A DNA stretch of 64,000 nt from Octopus vulgaris (Eukaryota). The notes below the pieces were generated by a model. It was not told where the DNA came from. It saw only the letters and a list, made by a program, of their open reading frames with translations, and made no database searches. Positions 12,459 to 28,635 of the stretch are shown here, in pieces (position 1 is the first letter of the stretch; each line of letters opens with the position of its first letter). The stretch is from assembly GCA_951406725.2 (NCBI GenBank), contig OX597829.1:47678001-47742000 (forward strand). Reading direction: 5' to 3'. A program made the translations under genes and the position numbers.

Positions 12459-12605
12459 TACATACATATATGTGTGTGTAAAAAGGTTGAATGAGATTCG
12501 TCCTTTAATTTGGAGGTATCAAAAAAATATAATTCTAATATAGATTCTTCATATTTTGCTAGTAGGTTACCGGCGTAAATTTGCGAATATGAAAATAATA
12601 CTTGT

Positions 12606-12775
12606 ATATGGTGTGTTACGTGAATTTATGGAAAGATATCCCATAAAATGGAGACGAGACGTTAAAATATGAGAATTTTACAATTCTCATATATGTTTAC
12701 ATCTCTTCTCCATTTCTATCAAAATTGTTGAGTTTTATGGGATTTCTTTCCATAAATTCACATAACACACCATAT
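12606..12775. repeat. Inverted repeat, ~43-bp arms
   Basis: ATATGGTGTGTTACGTGAATTTATGGAAAGATATCCCATAAAA versus TTTTATGGGATTTCTTTCCATAAATTCACATAACACACCATAT. Confidence 0.75.
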
Positions 12776-12779
12776 ATTT

Positions 12780-13187
12780 ACTCTTTTACTCTTTTACTTG
12801 TTTCAGTCATTTGACTGCGGCCATGCTGGGGCACCGCCTTTAGTCGAGCAAATCGACCCCGGGACTTATTCTATGTAAGCCCAGTACTTATTCTATCGGT
12901 CTCTTTTGCCGAACCACTAAGTGACGGGGACGTAAACACACCAGCATCGGTTGTCAAGCAATGCTAGGGGGACAAACACAGACACACAAACACAAACACA
13001 CATACATATATATACATATATACGACAGGCTTCTTTCAGTTTCCGTCTACCAAATCCACTCACGAGGCATTGGTCGGCCCGGGGCTATAAGCAGAAGACA
13101 CTTGCCCAAGATGCCACGCAGTGGGACTGAACCCGGAACCATGTGGTTGGTTAGCAAGCTACTTACCACACAGCCACTCCTGCGCCT
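12780..13187 (-). mobile_element. SINE family A, full length, young
   Basis: Near-identical to 61778-62180 (reverse complement) and 54262-54682. Confidence 0.9.
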
Positions 13188-13682
13188 ATATATATGTATA
13201 TATATATATGGACGTATATACATTCATACACATTTACCACAGTTTTCCATGTTTCTTTTGTCAGACATACAGTTTTCTTTTGGCTGCATTTAATCAATCG
13301 CTGGAAGTAATAGTTAATACAAATTAAAAAGGAAGAAATCAGAAAATCAGCAGTATATATATATAAAGTTTATTCCACCTAGTTTTGCACTTATGTGCTC
13401 ACCTTTGTGTGTGTGTATATTTATATCTACACCTGAGTGAACTGAAGCAACGTGAAATAAAATGTCTTGCTCAAGAACATAACACGCAGCCCGGTCCGGG
13501 ATTCGAACTCACAACCTCACGATCGTAAGCTCGACTCTCTAAGTACTGAGCTATATATAAACAGGTGAACACAACAAGGTTCGCAAAAATAGTACTCGAA
13601 TACCAACGGCAGAGTAATATAGTTTTACTTAAGCTACAAAATTATCACAAGACTGTTGCTCACAATTGTGATAATTTTGTTT

Positions 13683-13927
13683 CTTATTTCTTTATTGCCC
13701 ACCAGGGGCTAAACATAGAAGGGACAAACAAGGACAGACAAAAGGATTAAGTCAATTACATCGACACCCAGCGCGTAACTGGTACTAAATTTAGCGACCC
13801 CGAAAGGACGAAAGGCAAAGTCGACCTCGGCGGAATTCGAACTCAGAACGTAACGGCAGACGAAATACGGCTACGCATTTCGCACGGCGTGCTAACGTCT
13901 CTGCCAGCTCGCCAGTTTCTGCCAGCT
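13683..13927 (-). mobile_element. SINE family C
   Basis: Reverse complement of the 9697-9928 type. Confidence 0.8.
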
Positions 13928-14468
13928 GCTCACAGTTTCACGTACTCACTCGTCGGGATGTTGTGATAAAAACCGAATTAAAATCTTTATGGTGAATGTA
14001 ATATGATATGATGTAATATAATTTGAATGCACATAAGTATTTAAATTTGATTGGGTGGCCGATTTTCAAAACATAACGGTGTAATATTCATTACCAGCTG
14101 GGTGTTTTGGTGGGGAAGTGTTTTAAAATTACCAGTAAGGTGTATATATAAATATAAATATTATGATAAGATGATAAGATTGAAAAAAATCTTGCTTAGA
14201 GCAGGAGGAATATGTGTTTGTATGAATACTAACTTATATATATATATATATATATACATATGTGTATGTGTGTTTGTATGTATATATAGAGAGAGGTATA
14301 GATATATATGCATGCATTTATATGTATATATATATTTGTATACACACACACATACACATATGCACACAAACTATATTTATATTATTCTATTGAAGCCGAA
14401 AACAACTACACAGAGCGTTATTCAGAATTTCACGTGTCCGTACGCCAGACAGTTGTGATAAAACAATA

Positions 14469-15580
<1,112 letters not shown>

Positions 15581-15812
15581 AATAATAGTAATAAGAAGAA
15601 CAACAACAAGAATAGTGTGTGCATGTATGTGCTTGTGTGTATATGCATGTGTGTGTGTGTGCTTATGCTACATATATATTTGCATGTATGTGTATATATA
15701 TATGTGAAGGCGTGTGGCTTAGTGGTTAAGGTATTCACACATACAGTCACATACTCACCCCACTCATATATTTATTAATGCTGTAAATACATTTTCCTTA
15801 TCTATCCGTCGT

Positions 15813-16130
15813 GAGGGCGCGTGGCTTAGTGGTTAGGGCATTCGGCTCATGATCGTAAGGTTGTGAGTTCGTATCCCGGCGACGCGTTGTGTCCTTGAGC
15901 AAGACACTTTATTTCACGTTGCTCCAGTCCACTCAGCTGGCAAAAATGAGTTGTACCTGTATTTCAAAGGGTCAGCCTTGTCACACTCTGTGTCACGCTG
16001 ATTATCCCCGAGAACTACGTTAAGGGTACACGTGTCTGTGGAATGCTCAGCCATTTGCACGTTAATTTCACGAGCAAGCTGTTCCGTTGATCGTATCAGC
16101 TGGGACCCTCGTCGTCGTAACCGGCGGAGT
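15813..16130 (+). mobile_element. SINE family B, full length
   Basis: A-box-like TGGCTTAGTGG, B-box-like GAGTTCGTATCC, CORE-like TTGTGTCCTTGAGCAAGACACTT. Confidence 0.9.
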
Positions 16131-16390
16131 CTTTTAGATCTATCCGTCTGCCAGTCTTTCTGCTTATTTATCTGCCATTTTCTTAAGTCTATCAATATTT
16201 CTCCATTTTTTTATTTTTTATTTTAATACTAAATCTATTTTTTCATCTAATTATCTGTTTATTCATCGCTGAATTTTTATTTGTATATACAACTTTAGTC
16301 CTTTTAAGCATTTATGATCTGCTTTCGTTAATCTACGTCAATCGCATAATTCATACAAACACACGTACAAACAAAAACACAAACACACAC

Positions 16391-16872
<482 letters not shown>

Positions 16873-17517
16873 TTCTTCCTGACTTCCTTACCTGTCTTGC
16901 CCGCTTTTCTGTTTAGCCTTCCTTCCTTACTGCCTTTCTCCTTTTCTTCTCCTTTATGTCTTTCTTCTCAATTTAATTTACTTTTTATTATTCATTGTTA
17001 TAATATATATATATTTACTTTATTTTTTTTTATCTATTCGAAGATGTATGTCTCCAGTCAACAAGTACGTAGAGAATTTGTCCACAACTAAGGAACTCCC
17101 CTAAACAGCAACAATATCAACAGCAACAACAACAACAACAACAACAACAACAGCAGCAAATAAATAATAAATAAAAGAAACGAAGCCACAAAACAGAAAA
17201 ATAAACAAGAATTTGAAAAGAGACATTCCAATGTATACACTTCGTTTTCGAAATAATGATCAATGGATTAAACAACTTTCTTTCACTTTTTTTCTCTAAT
17301 TTTTTTTACTTCTATCAATGTTCCATTTTAATTTCGAATCGTATACTTTAGCACACACTTACGTCAGCATTTATGAATGTGTGTATATACTCGTTTACAT
17401 GTATGTATGCATGCATGTATGTATTTACGCATGTATGTATGTATGTATGTATGTATGTATGTATGTATGTATGTATGTACGTATGTATGTATGTATGTAT
17501 GTATGTATGTATGTATG

Positions 17518-17551
<34 letters not shown>

Positions 17552-18558
17552 TGTATGTATGTATGTATGTATGTATGTATGTATTATGTATGTATGTATG
17601 TATGTATGTATGTATGTATGTATGTATGTATGTATGTATGTATGTATGTATGTATGTATGTATGTATGTATGTATGTATGTATGTATGTATGTATGTATG
17701 TATGTATGTATGTATGTATGTATGTATGTATGTATGTATGTATGTATGTATATATGTATGTATGTATGTCATTATTCAGTTTTATTTCAAGATTTCTTAT
17801 CAATAAAGAAAGAGCCGGTTTCTAACCTAGATCCAAGGTTCCTTCACAGGAATTTCAACATCAACAACAGGATATTTTTGTATGTATGTATGTATGTATG
17901 TATGTATGTATGTATGTATGTATGTATGTATGTATGCATGTATGTATGTATGTATGTATGTATGTATGTATGTATGTATGTATGTATGTATGTATGTATT
18001 ATGCATGTATGTATGTATGTATGTATGTATGTATGTATGTATGTATGTATCTTTTGTTAGATTCTCTAAATGCCCCTTCCTTATTAAATTATATATTCAT
18101 ATATATTCTGAGGAAAGTCATATATTAACAACCTGCAGGGCAAAAATTAAAACTACCTGTGAATTAATTCAGCGGGTCATTGGCCACCCAGTAAAGTGTA
18201 TATCTACATGCATATATATTGTGTATTTCTGTTCGGGTGAGACGATAGGGCGCAGTTGTTTAAACGTTGACCATTTGGCAGGGTCGCCTGGATGTCTAAT
18301 TCTTTTGAAGACCGTGCGTTTTGGCACCAGAGGTAAACACACATGCAGACGCACAAAAATATACACATGCAGAGAAAAGGAAGAGGAATGGAGAGATAGA
18401 GTGACATCATACATAACTATTTTGTTATGTTTGTCGCTTTTGTAAACAGAGACAGGCAGACAGACAGAGGAGGGAGAGAACGAGAGGAACATTAAAATGT
18501 CAAATAAGTCAGCGTTGAATCAGCAATGCTAACTATGCGTTGCCAAACCGTCTCATAC

Positions 18559-18656
18559 CTGTGTCCGTGTACATAGAAACTAAATGGCAGTAGGATACGC
18601 TTCGCCATAACCCGTTGTGTTTGTTGGTCCAGCTTACTTTTCTTTTCTTTCTCCAT
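18559..18656 (-). other. Candidate exon in the tandem unit (also 21419-21516, 24216-24313, 26968-27065)
   Basis: AAAGATGG context, open frame MEKEKKSKLDQQTQRVMAKRILLPFSFYVHGH, ends at CAG|GTATGA; no homology recognised. Confidence 0.2.
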
Positions 18657-19746
18657 CTTTAATAGTTTCAAACATTAAAAAAAGTGTCACACGTGTTTCA
18701 TAGACATTTCTCACAACAAACTTCTGGAGTCATTCATTAATGAACCAAGATAATGCGGTACACCAATTGTAAACTTGGTTACACTTATTACGAGCTGATC
18801 TGTGATAACACAGATTGGCTTGGGCCACAAACCTTTGCTCTAGCGACCAATCACACAATGCTCGGGCCGACTTGAGGTCTCGGAGCAAAATCTATTTTTC
18901 CCATATGTTCTGTAATAATAATTTTAACCAATGAATCGCCAGTATTTGAGTTGAAATCATTTGCGTTGTGTTGAAATCTGGCTATCAAAAGGAAAAGATC
19001 CTTAAAACTTTGATAGCTTATTTCTGTTTAAATAAATGATTCGTACATATTTTCACGAGTATTTTGATTTTATTTTTCCATTTCAGTATTGGCTTTTAAA
19101 AACTTTTTTTTATGCTTTTTAATCATATTCGGTGAGATATAAGGTGAATCGTCAGAAACAAAAAAAAAAAAAGAAAAGAGAAAAAAAGGAAATTAGGTAA
19201 CAACACATTGGGGTAGAGTAACAGGTTGTACACCCCAGTCCAGTTTGTGTATTCACCCGGGCCTCGTAGACACAAATGCAAAGTTTTTTAAATTTTTTAA
19301 TGATCTGGAGTCGAAAAAGACGTAATTCAAAACGACGTAGGTTGAGGAATGCCTGAAGCGAGGAACCTCATAAAACAAGCTGTCAATGTCTCCCTCAATT
19401 TTATTTCTTGAAGACACTGGGCGATGTAATTCGGAGGAATTGTCACGTTTGGAAAGCTTTTTCTTATAAATCTTCTCGATCAGGGCTAATTTGATGACTT
19501 AACAACAATACAAACAAAAAACGGCAATTACTTGAGGAGATAACAACAATACATGCGCGAGCCTCTAGAAGTTGTCCGGCCTACTAGATATAGCAGCCAA
19601 ATTTCCTTCAAACCACAACTATTCAAGCTATTGCATCTTTGTATCAGATGAAAACACAGCATTTTGGAACAAACACACACACACACACATTCACACACGC
19701 ATACACACACATACACACACACATATACATATATATCTTATGTCTA

Positions 19747-20070
19747 TAAGGGTTGAATAAAATAATGGAGACACCTTAAAATTTCAAAGAAATTTATTTT
19801 AATATGGGCCTTTGGCAGTAATTACAGCTTGAATTCTATGACGTATAAACTTGTACAAAGTTTGAATTGTTTCCAGATGAATTTTTGTCCATTCTTCAGC
19901 TAAAACAGTCTGCAGTTCTTGTAGTGATGATGGTGGAGGATATTGACTCCTTACTTGTTTCTCTGAAATGTACCGTAATTGTTCAGTAATATTGAGATCT
20001 GGAGACAGTGGTGGCCAGATAAGATGTTCAACTTCACTAGAATGTTCCTCGTGCCATTCAGTAACAACTT
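19747..20070 (-). mobile_element. Tc1 transposon 3' end (repeated at ~22604-22928 and ~25400-25724)
   Basis: KVVTEWHEEHSSEVEHLIWPPLSPDLNITEQL... with terminal repeat AGGGTTGAATAAAATAATGGAGACACC. Confidence 0.85.
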
Positions 20071-23000
20071 TATGTATGTATGTATGTATGTATGTATGTA
20101 TGTATGTATTATGCATGTATGTATGTATGTATGTATGTATGTATGTATGTATGTATTATGCATGTATGTATGTATGTATGTATGTATGTATGTATGTATG
20201 TATGTATGTATGTATGTATGTATGTATGTATGTATGTATGTATGTATGTCATTATTCAGTTTTATTTCAAGATTTCTTATCAATAAAGAAAGAACCGGTT
20301 TCTAACCTAGATCCAAGGTTCCTTCACAGGAATTTCAACATCAACAACAGGATATTTTTGTATGTATGTATGTATGTATGTATGTATGTATGCACGTATG
20401 CACGTATGCACGTATGTATGTATGTATGTATGTATGTATGTATGTATGTATGTATGTATGTATGTATGTATGTATGTATGTATGTATGTATGTGTGTGTG
20501 TATGTGTGTATGCATGTATGTATGTATGTATGTATGTATGTATGTATGTATGTATGTATGTATGTATGTATGTATGCATGCATGTATGTATGTATGTATG
20601 TATGTATGTATGCACGTATGTATGTATGTATGTATGTATGCATGCATGTATGTATGTATGTATATATGTATGTATATCTTTATTCAGTTTTATTTGAAGA
20701 TTTATTGCCAACAGAGAAAGAACCGGATTCTAACCTAAATCCAAGGCTCCTTCATTGGAATTTCAACATCAACAACAGCGTATGTATGTATGTATGTATG
20801 TATGTATGTATGTATGTATGTATGTATGTATGTATGTATGTATGTATGTATGTATGTATGTATGTATGTATGTATTATGCATGTATGTATGTATTATGCA
20901 CGTATGTATCTTGTGTTAGATTCTCTAAATGTCCCTTCCTTATTAAATTATATATTCATATATATTCTGAGGAAAGTCATATATTAACAACCTCCAGGGC
21001 AAAAATTAAAACTACCGGTGAATGAATTCAGGCGGGTCATTGGCCACCCAGTAAAGTGTATATCTACATGCATATATATTGTGTATTTCTGTTCGGGTGA
21101 GACGATAGGGCGCAGTTGTTTAAACGTTGACCATTTGGCAGGGTCGCCTGGATGTCTAATTCTTTTGAAGACCGTGCGTTTTGGCACCAGAGGTAAACAC
21201 ACATGCAGACGCACAAAAATATACACATGCAGAGAAAAGGAAGAGGAATGGAGAGATAGAGTGACATCATACATAACTATTTTGTTATGTTTGTCGCTTT
21301 TGTAAACAGAGACAGGCAGACAGACAGAGGAGGGAGAGAACGAGAGGAACATTAAAATGTCAAATAAGTCAGCGTTGAATCAGCAATGCTAACTATGCGT
21401 TGCCAAACCGTCTCATACCTGTGTCCGTGTACATAGAAACTAAATGGCAGTAGGATACGCTTCGCCATAACCCGTTGTGTTTGTTGGTCCAGCTTACTTT
21501 TCTTTTCTTTCTCCATCTTTAATAGTTTCAAACATTAAAAAAAGTGTCACACGTGTTTCATAGACATTTCTCACAACAAACTTCTGGAGTCATTCATTAA
21601 TGAACCAAGATAATGCGGTACACCAATTGTAAACTTGGTTACACTTATTACGAGCTGATCTGTGATAACACAGATTGGCTTGGGCCACAAACCTTTGCTC
21701 TAGCGACCAATCACACAATGCTCGGGCCGACTTGAGGTCTCGGAGCAAAATCTATTTTTCCCATATGTTCTGTAATAATAATTTTAACCAATGAATCGCC
21801 AGTATTTAAGTTGAAATCATTTGCGTTGTGTTGAAATCTGGCTATCAAAAGGAAAAGATCCTTAAAACTTTGATAGCTTATTTCTGTTTAAATAAATGAT
21901 TCGTACATATTTTCACGAGTATTTTGATTTTATTTTTCCATTTCAGTATTGGCTTTTAAAAACTTTTTTTATGCTTTTTAATCATATTCGGTGAGATATA
22001 AGGTGAATCGTCAGAAACAAAAAAAAAAGAAAAAGAGAAAAAAAGGAAATTAGGTAACAACACATTGGGGTAGAGTAACAGGTTGTACACCCCAGTCCAG
22101 TTTGTGTATTCACCCGGGCCTCGTAGACACAAATGCAAAGTTTTTAAAATTTTTTAATGATCTGGAGTCGAAAAAGACGTAACTCAAAACGACGTAGGTT
22201 GAGGAATGCCTGAAGCGAGGAACCTCATAAAACAAGCTGTCAATGTCTCCCTCAATTTTATTTCTTGAAGACACTGGGCGATGTAATTCGGAGGAATTGT
22301 CACGTTTGGAAAGCTTTTTCTTATAAATCTTCTCGATCAGGGCTAATTTGATGACTTAACAACAATACAAACAAAAAACGGCAATTACTTGAGGAGATAA
22401 CAACAATACATGCGCGAGCCTCTAGAAGTTGTCCGGCCTACTAGATATAGCAGCCAAATTTCCTTCAAACCACAACTATTCAAGCTATTGCATCTTTGTA
22501 TCAGATGAAAACACAGCATTTTGGAACAAACACACACACACACACATTCACACACGCATACACACACATACACACACACATATACATATATATCTTATGT
22601 CTATAAGGGTTGAATAAAATAATGGAGACACCTTAAAATTTCAAAGAAATTTATTTTAATATGGGCCTTTGGCAGTAATTACAGCTTGAATTCTATGACG
22701 TATAAACTTGTACAAAGTTTGAATTGTTTCCAGATGAATTTTTGTCCATTCTTCAGCTAAAACAGTCTGCAGTTCTTGTAGTGATGATGGTGGAGGATAT
22801 TGACTCCTTACTTGTTTCTCTGAAATGTACCGTAATTGTTCAGTAATATTGAGATCTGGAGACAGTGGTGGCCAGATAAGATGTTCAACTTCACTAGAAT
22901 GTTCCTCGTGCCATTCAGTAACAACTTTATGTATGTATGTATGTATGTATGTATGTATGTATTATGCATGTATGTATGTATGTATGTATGTATGTATGTA

Positions 23001-26000
23001 TGTATTATGCATGTATGTATGTATGTATGTATGTATGTATGTATGTATGTATGTATGTATGTATATATGTATGTATGTATGTCATTATTCAGTTTTATTT
23101 CAAGATTTCTTATCAATAAAGAAAGAACCGGTTTCTAACCTAGATCCAAGGTTCCTTCACAGGAATTTCAACATCAACAACAGGATATTTTTGTATGTAT
23201 GTATGTATGTATGTATGTATGTATGTATGTATGTATGTATGTATGTATGCACGTATGCACGTATGCACGTATGTATGTATGTATGTATGTATGTATGTAT
23301 GTATGTATGTATGTATGTATGTATGTATGTATGTATGTGTGTGTGTATGTGTGTATGCATGTATGTATGTATGTATGTATGTATGTATGTATGTATGTAT
23401 GTATGCATGCATGTATGTATGTATGTATGTATGTATGCACGTATGTATGTATGTATGTATGTATGTATGTATGCATGCATGTATGTATGTATGTATATAT
23501 GTATGTATATCTTTATTCAGTTTTATTTGAAGATTTATTGCCAACAGAGAAAGAACCGGATTCTAACCTAAATCCAAGGCTCCTTCATTGGAATTTCAAC
23601 ATCAACAACAGCGTATGTATGCATGTATGTATGTATGTATGTATGTATGTATGTATGTATGTATGTATTATGCATGTATGTATGTATGTATTATGCATGT
23701 ATGTATCTTGTGTTAGATTCTCTAAATGTCCCTTCCTTATTAAATTATATATTCATATATATTCTGAGGAAAGTCATATATTAACAACCTCCAGGGCAAA
23801 AATTAAAACTACCGGTGAATGAATTCAGGCGGGTCATTGGCCACCCAGTAAAGTGTATATCTACATGCATATATATTGTGTATTTCTGTTCGGGTGAGAC
23901 GATAGGGCGCAGTTGTTTAAACGTTGACCATTTGGCAGTGTCGCCTGGATGTCTAATTCTTTTGAAGACCGTGCGTTTTGGCACCAGAGGTAAACACACA
24001 TGCAGACGCACAAAAATATACACATGCAGAGAAAAGGAAGAGGAATGGAGAGATAGAGTGACATCATACATAACTATTTTGTTATGTTTGTCGCTTTTGT
24101 AAACAGAGACAGGCAGACAGACAGAGGAGGGAGAGAACGAGAGGAACATTAAAATGTCAAATAAGTCAGCGTTGAATCAGCAATGCTAACTATGCGTTGC
24201 CAAACCGTCTCATACCTGTGTCCGTGTACATAGAAACTAAATGGCAGTAGGATACGCTTCGCCATAACCCGTTGTGTTTGTTGGTCCAGCTTACTTTTCT
24301 TTTCTTTCTCCATCTTTAATAGTTTCAAACATTAAAAAAAGTGTCACACGTGTTTCATAGACATTTCTCACAACACACTTCTGGAGTCATTCATTAATGA
24401 ACCAAGATAATGCGGTACACCAATTGTAAACTTGGTTACACTTATTACGAGCTGATCTGTGATAACACAGATTGGCTTGGGCCACAAACCTTTGCTCTAG
24501 CGACCAATCACACAATGCTCGGGCCGACTTGAGGTCTCGGAGCAAAATCTATTTTTCCCATATGTTCTGTAATAATAATTTTAACCAATGAATCGCCAGT
24601 ATTTAAGTTGAAATCATTTGCGTTGTGTTGAAATCTGGCTATCAAAAGGAAAAGATCCTTAAAACTTTGATAGCTTATTTCTGTTTAAATAAATGATTCG
24701 TACATATTTTCACGAGTATTTTGATTTTATTTTTCCATTTCAGTATTGGCTTTTAAAAACTTTTTTTATGCTTTTTAATCATATTCGGTGAGATATAAGG
24801 TGAATCGTCAGAAACAAAAAAAAAAGAAAAGAGAAAAAAAGGAAATTAGGTAACAACACATTGGGGTAGAGTAACAGGTTGTACACCCCAGTCCAGTTTG
24901 TGTATTCACCCGGGCCTCGTAGACACAAATGCAAAGTATTTTAAATTTTTTAATGATCTGGAGTCGAAAAAGACGTAACTCAAAACGACGTAGGTTGAGG
25001 AATGCCTGAAGCGAGGAACCTCATAAAACAAGCTGTCAATGTCTCCCTCAATTTTATTTCTTGAAGACACTGGGCGATGTAATTCGGAGGAATTGTCACG
25101 TTTGGAAAGCTTTTTCTTATAAATCTTCTCGATCAGGGCTAATTTGATGACTTAACAACAATACAAACAAAAAACGGCAATTACTTGAGGAGATAACAAC
25201 AATACATGCGCGAGCCTCTAGAAGTTGTCCGGCCTACTAGATATAGCAGCCAAATTTCCTTCAAACCACAACTATTCAAGCTATTGCATCTTTGTATCAG
25301 ATGAAAACACAGCATTTTGGAACAAACACACACACACACACATTCACACACGCATACACACACATACACACACACATATACATATATATCTTATGTCTAT
25401 AAGGGTTGAATAAAATAATGGAGACACCTTAAAATTTCAAAGAAATTTATTTTAATATGGGCCTTTGGCAGTAATTACAGCTTGAATTCTATGACGTATA
25501 AACTTGTACAAAGTTTGAATTGTTTCCAGATGAATTTTTGTCCATTCTTCAGCTAAAACAGTCTGCAGTTCTTGTAGTGATGATGGTGGAGGATATTGAC
25601 TCCTTACTTGTTTCTCTGAAATGTACCGTAATTGTTCAGTAATATTGAGATCTGGAGACAGTGGTGGCCAGATAAGATGTTCAACTTCACTAGAATGTTC
25701 CTCGTGCCATTCAGTAACAAATTTATGTATGTATGTATGTATGTATGTATGTATTATGCATGTATGTATGTATGTATGTATGTATGTATGTATGTATTAT
25801 GCATGTATGTATGTATGTATGTATGTATGTATGTATGTATGTATGTATGTATGTATGTATGTATATATGTATGTATGTATGTCATTATTCAGTTTTATTT
25901 CAAGATTTCTTATCAATAAAGAAAGAACCGGTTTCTAACCTAGATCCAAGGTTCCTTCACAGGAATTTCAACATCAACAACAGGATATTTTTGTATGTAT

Positions 26001-27404
26001 GTATGTATGTATGTATGTATGTATGTATGCACGTATGCACGTATGCACGTATGTATGTATGTATGTATGTATGTATGTATGTATGTATGTATGTATGTAT
26101 GTATGTGTGTGTGTATGTGTGTATGCATGTATGTATGTATGTATGTATGTATGTATGTATGTATGTATGTATGTATGCATGCATGTATGTATGTATGTAT
26201 GTATGTATGTATGTATGTATGCACGTATGTATGTATGTATGTATGTATGCATGCATGTATGTATGTATGTATATATGTATGTATATCTTTATTCAGTTTT
26301 ATTTGAAGATTTATTGCCAACAGAGAAAGAACCGGATTCTAACCTAAATCCAAGGCTCCTTCATTGGAATTTCAACATCAACAACAGCGTATGTATGTAT
26401 GTATGTATGTATGTATGTATTATGCATGTATGTATGTATGTATTATGCATGTATGTATCTTGTGTTAGATTCTCTAAATGCCCCTTCCTTATTAAATTAT
26501 ATATTCATATATATTCTGAGGAAAGTTATATCTTAACAACCTCCAGGGCAAAAATTAAAACTACCGGTGAATGAATTCAGGCGGGTCATTGGCCACCCAG
26601 TAAAGTGTATATCTACATGCATATATATTGTGTATTTCTGTTCGGGTGAGACGATAGGGCGCAGTTGTTTAAACGTTGACCATTTGGCAGGGTCGCCTGG
26701 ATGTCTAATTCTTTTGAAGACCGTGCGTTTTGGCACCAGAGGTAAACACACATGCAGACGCACAAAAATATACACATGCAGAGAAAAGGAAGAGGAATGG
26801 AGAGATAGAGTGACATCATACATAACTATTTTGTTATGTTTGTCGCTTTTGTAAACAGAGACAGGCAGACAGACAGAGGAGGGAGAGAACGAGAGGAACA
26901 TTAAAATGTCAAATAAGTCAGCGTTGAATCAGCAATGCTAACTATGCGTTGCCAAACCGTCTCATACCTGTGTCCGTGTACATAGAAACTAAATGGCAGT
27001 AGGATACGCTTCGCCATAACCCGTTGTGTTTGTTGGTCCAGCTTACTTTTCTTTTCTTTCTCCATCTTTAATAGTTTCAAACATTAAAAAAGTGTCACAC
27101 GTGTTTCATAGACATTTCTCACAACAAACTTCTGGAGTCATTCATTAATGAACCAAGATAATGCGGTACACCAATTGTAAACTTGGTTACACTTATTACG
27201 AGCTGATCTGTGATAACACAGATTGGCTTGGGCCACAAACCTTTGCTCTAGCGACCAATCACACAATGCTCGGGCCGACTTGAGGTCTCGGAGCAAAATC
27301 TATTTTTCCCATATGTTCTGTAATTCATTAATCCTTGGTTCACTCAATATGGCCACTTTTTTAATCAAACGCCCGTGACAAACAAGAATAGATGTACTTC
27401 ACTC

Positions 27405-27560
27405 TACTCTTTTTACTCTTTTACTCTTTTACTTGTTTTAGTCATTTGACTGCGGCCATGCTGGAGCACCGCCTTTAGTCGAGCAAATCGACCCCGGGAC
27501 TTATTCTTTGTAAGCCCAGTACTTATTCTATCGGTCTATTTTGCCGAACCGCTAAGTGAC
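27405..27560 (-). mobile_element. SINE family A 3' fragment
   Basis: (TACTCTTT)n tail followed by GTCATTTGACTGCGGCCATGCTGGAGCACC. Confidence 0.8.
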
Positions 27561-27956
27561 TGTTATTTTTCTTTTTATAAGCATAATTTTAAAGCTTTTT
27601 GAGAACACAAATAAATGGCGGACGTGTTCTTTGCAGCAGTTGGATAATATTATATGCGTCTTCGACAATGAAACGCCATTTCAATGGCGTCTTTGTTCAT
27701 TGGGAGATACACGGATGGTGTATTATAGGTGGAAGCAGACGTGATTTTATCGGATAACCCGCGCGGCTGCGTCCTCTGACGAAGTGCCTAGGGTGGAGTC
27801 CATGTCTTGTTATATTGGTATATGCCTTTGTCAACGTGACAACTCACGACAGGAAGGCACTACATCTTGAAAGGAAACGGGAAAGAAAGTTCAAAAGGTT
27901 GCCACACTCGATAACTACAAGACAACCATCATACTAGTAAGTACGTATATATGTGT

Positions 27957-28012
<56 letters not shown>

Positions 28013-28189
28013 ATATTATCTATGTATGTATATACGTATCTATGTATGTATATATGCATGTATGTATTGGTATGTTTAGATCTAAGTCTGGATTGCTGAA
28101 TGTTTATTTATATGTCTGTGTGTATGAAATTATGTATTTGTATGTATATGCGAGTATGTGTGGACGGCTGGGTGTTTATACGCGTGTAC

Positions 28190-28604
28190 GTATGTATGCA
28201 TGTATGTATGTATGTGTGTATGTATGTATGTATGTATGTATGTATGTATGTATGTATGTATGTATGTATGTATGTATGTATGTATGTATGTTTGTATGTA
28301 TGTACGTATGTATGTATGTATGTATGTATGTATGTATGTGTATGTATGTATGTATGTATGTATGTATGTATGTATGTATGTATGTATGTATGTATGTATG
28401 TATGTATGTTTGTATGTATGTACGTATGTACGTATGTATGTATGTATGTATGTATGCATGCATGTATGTATTTATGTATGTATGTATGTATGTATGCATG
28501 CATGCATGTATGTATGTATGTATGCATGTATGTATGTATGTATGTATGTATGTATGTACGTATGTATGTCTGTCTGTATGTATGTATGTATGTATGTATG
28601 CATG

Positions 28605-28633
<29 letters not shown>
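28190..28633. repeat. (TATG)n microsatellite
   Basis: Direct reading; similar arrays at 17400-18050, 43915-44100, 51500-51636, 61230-61375. Confidence 0.95.

Positions 28634-28635
<2 letters not shown>

Larger units (their letters stand above)
17771..27324. repeat. Tandem segmental array, ~2.8-kb unit, about 3.5 copies
   Basis: Anchor ATTATTCAGTTTTATTTCAAG at 17771, 20251, 23084, 25884; non-microsatellite parts near-identical. Confidence 0.95.

Noticed and set aside
15813-15890. tRNA gene
   Set aside because: tRNA-derived SINE head that continues into the SINE body; no complete cloverleaf.
17771-27324. CRISPR-like or protein-coding gene cluster
   Set aside because: Eukaryotic segmental tandem repeat with identical units, no spacers and no recognisable protein.
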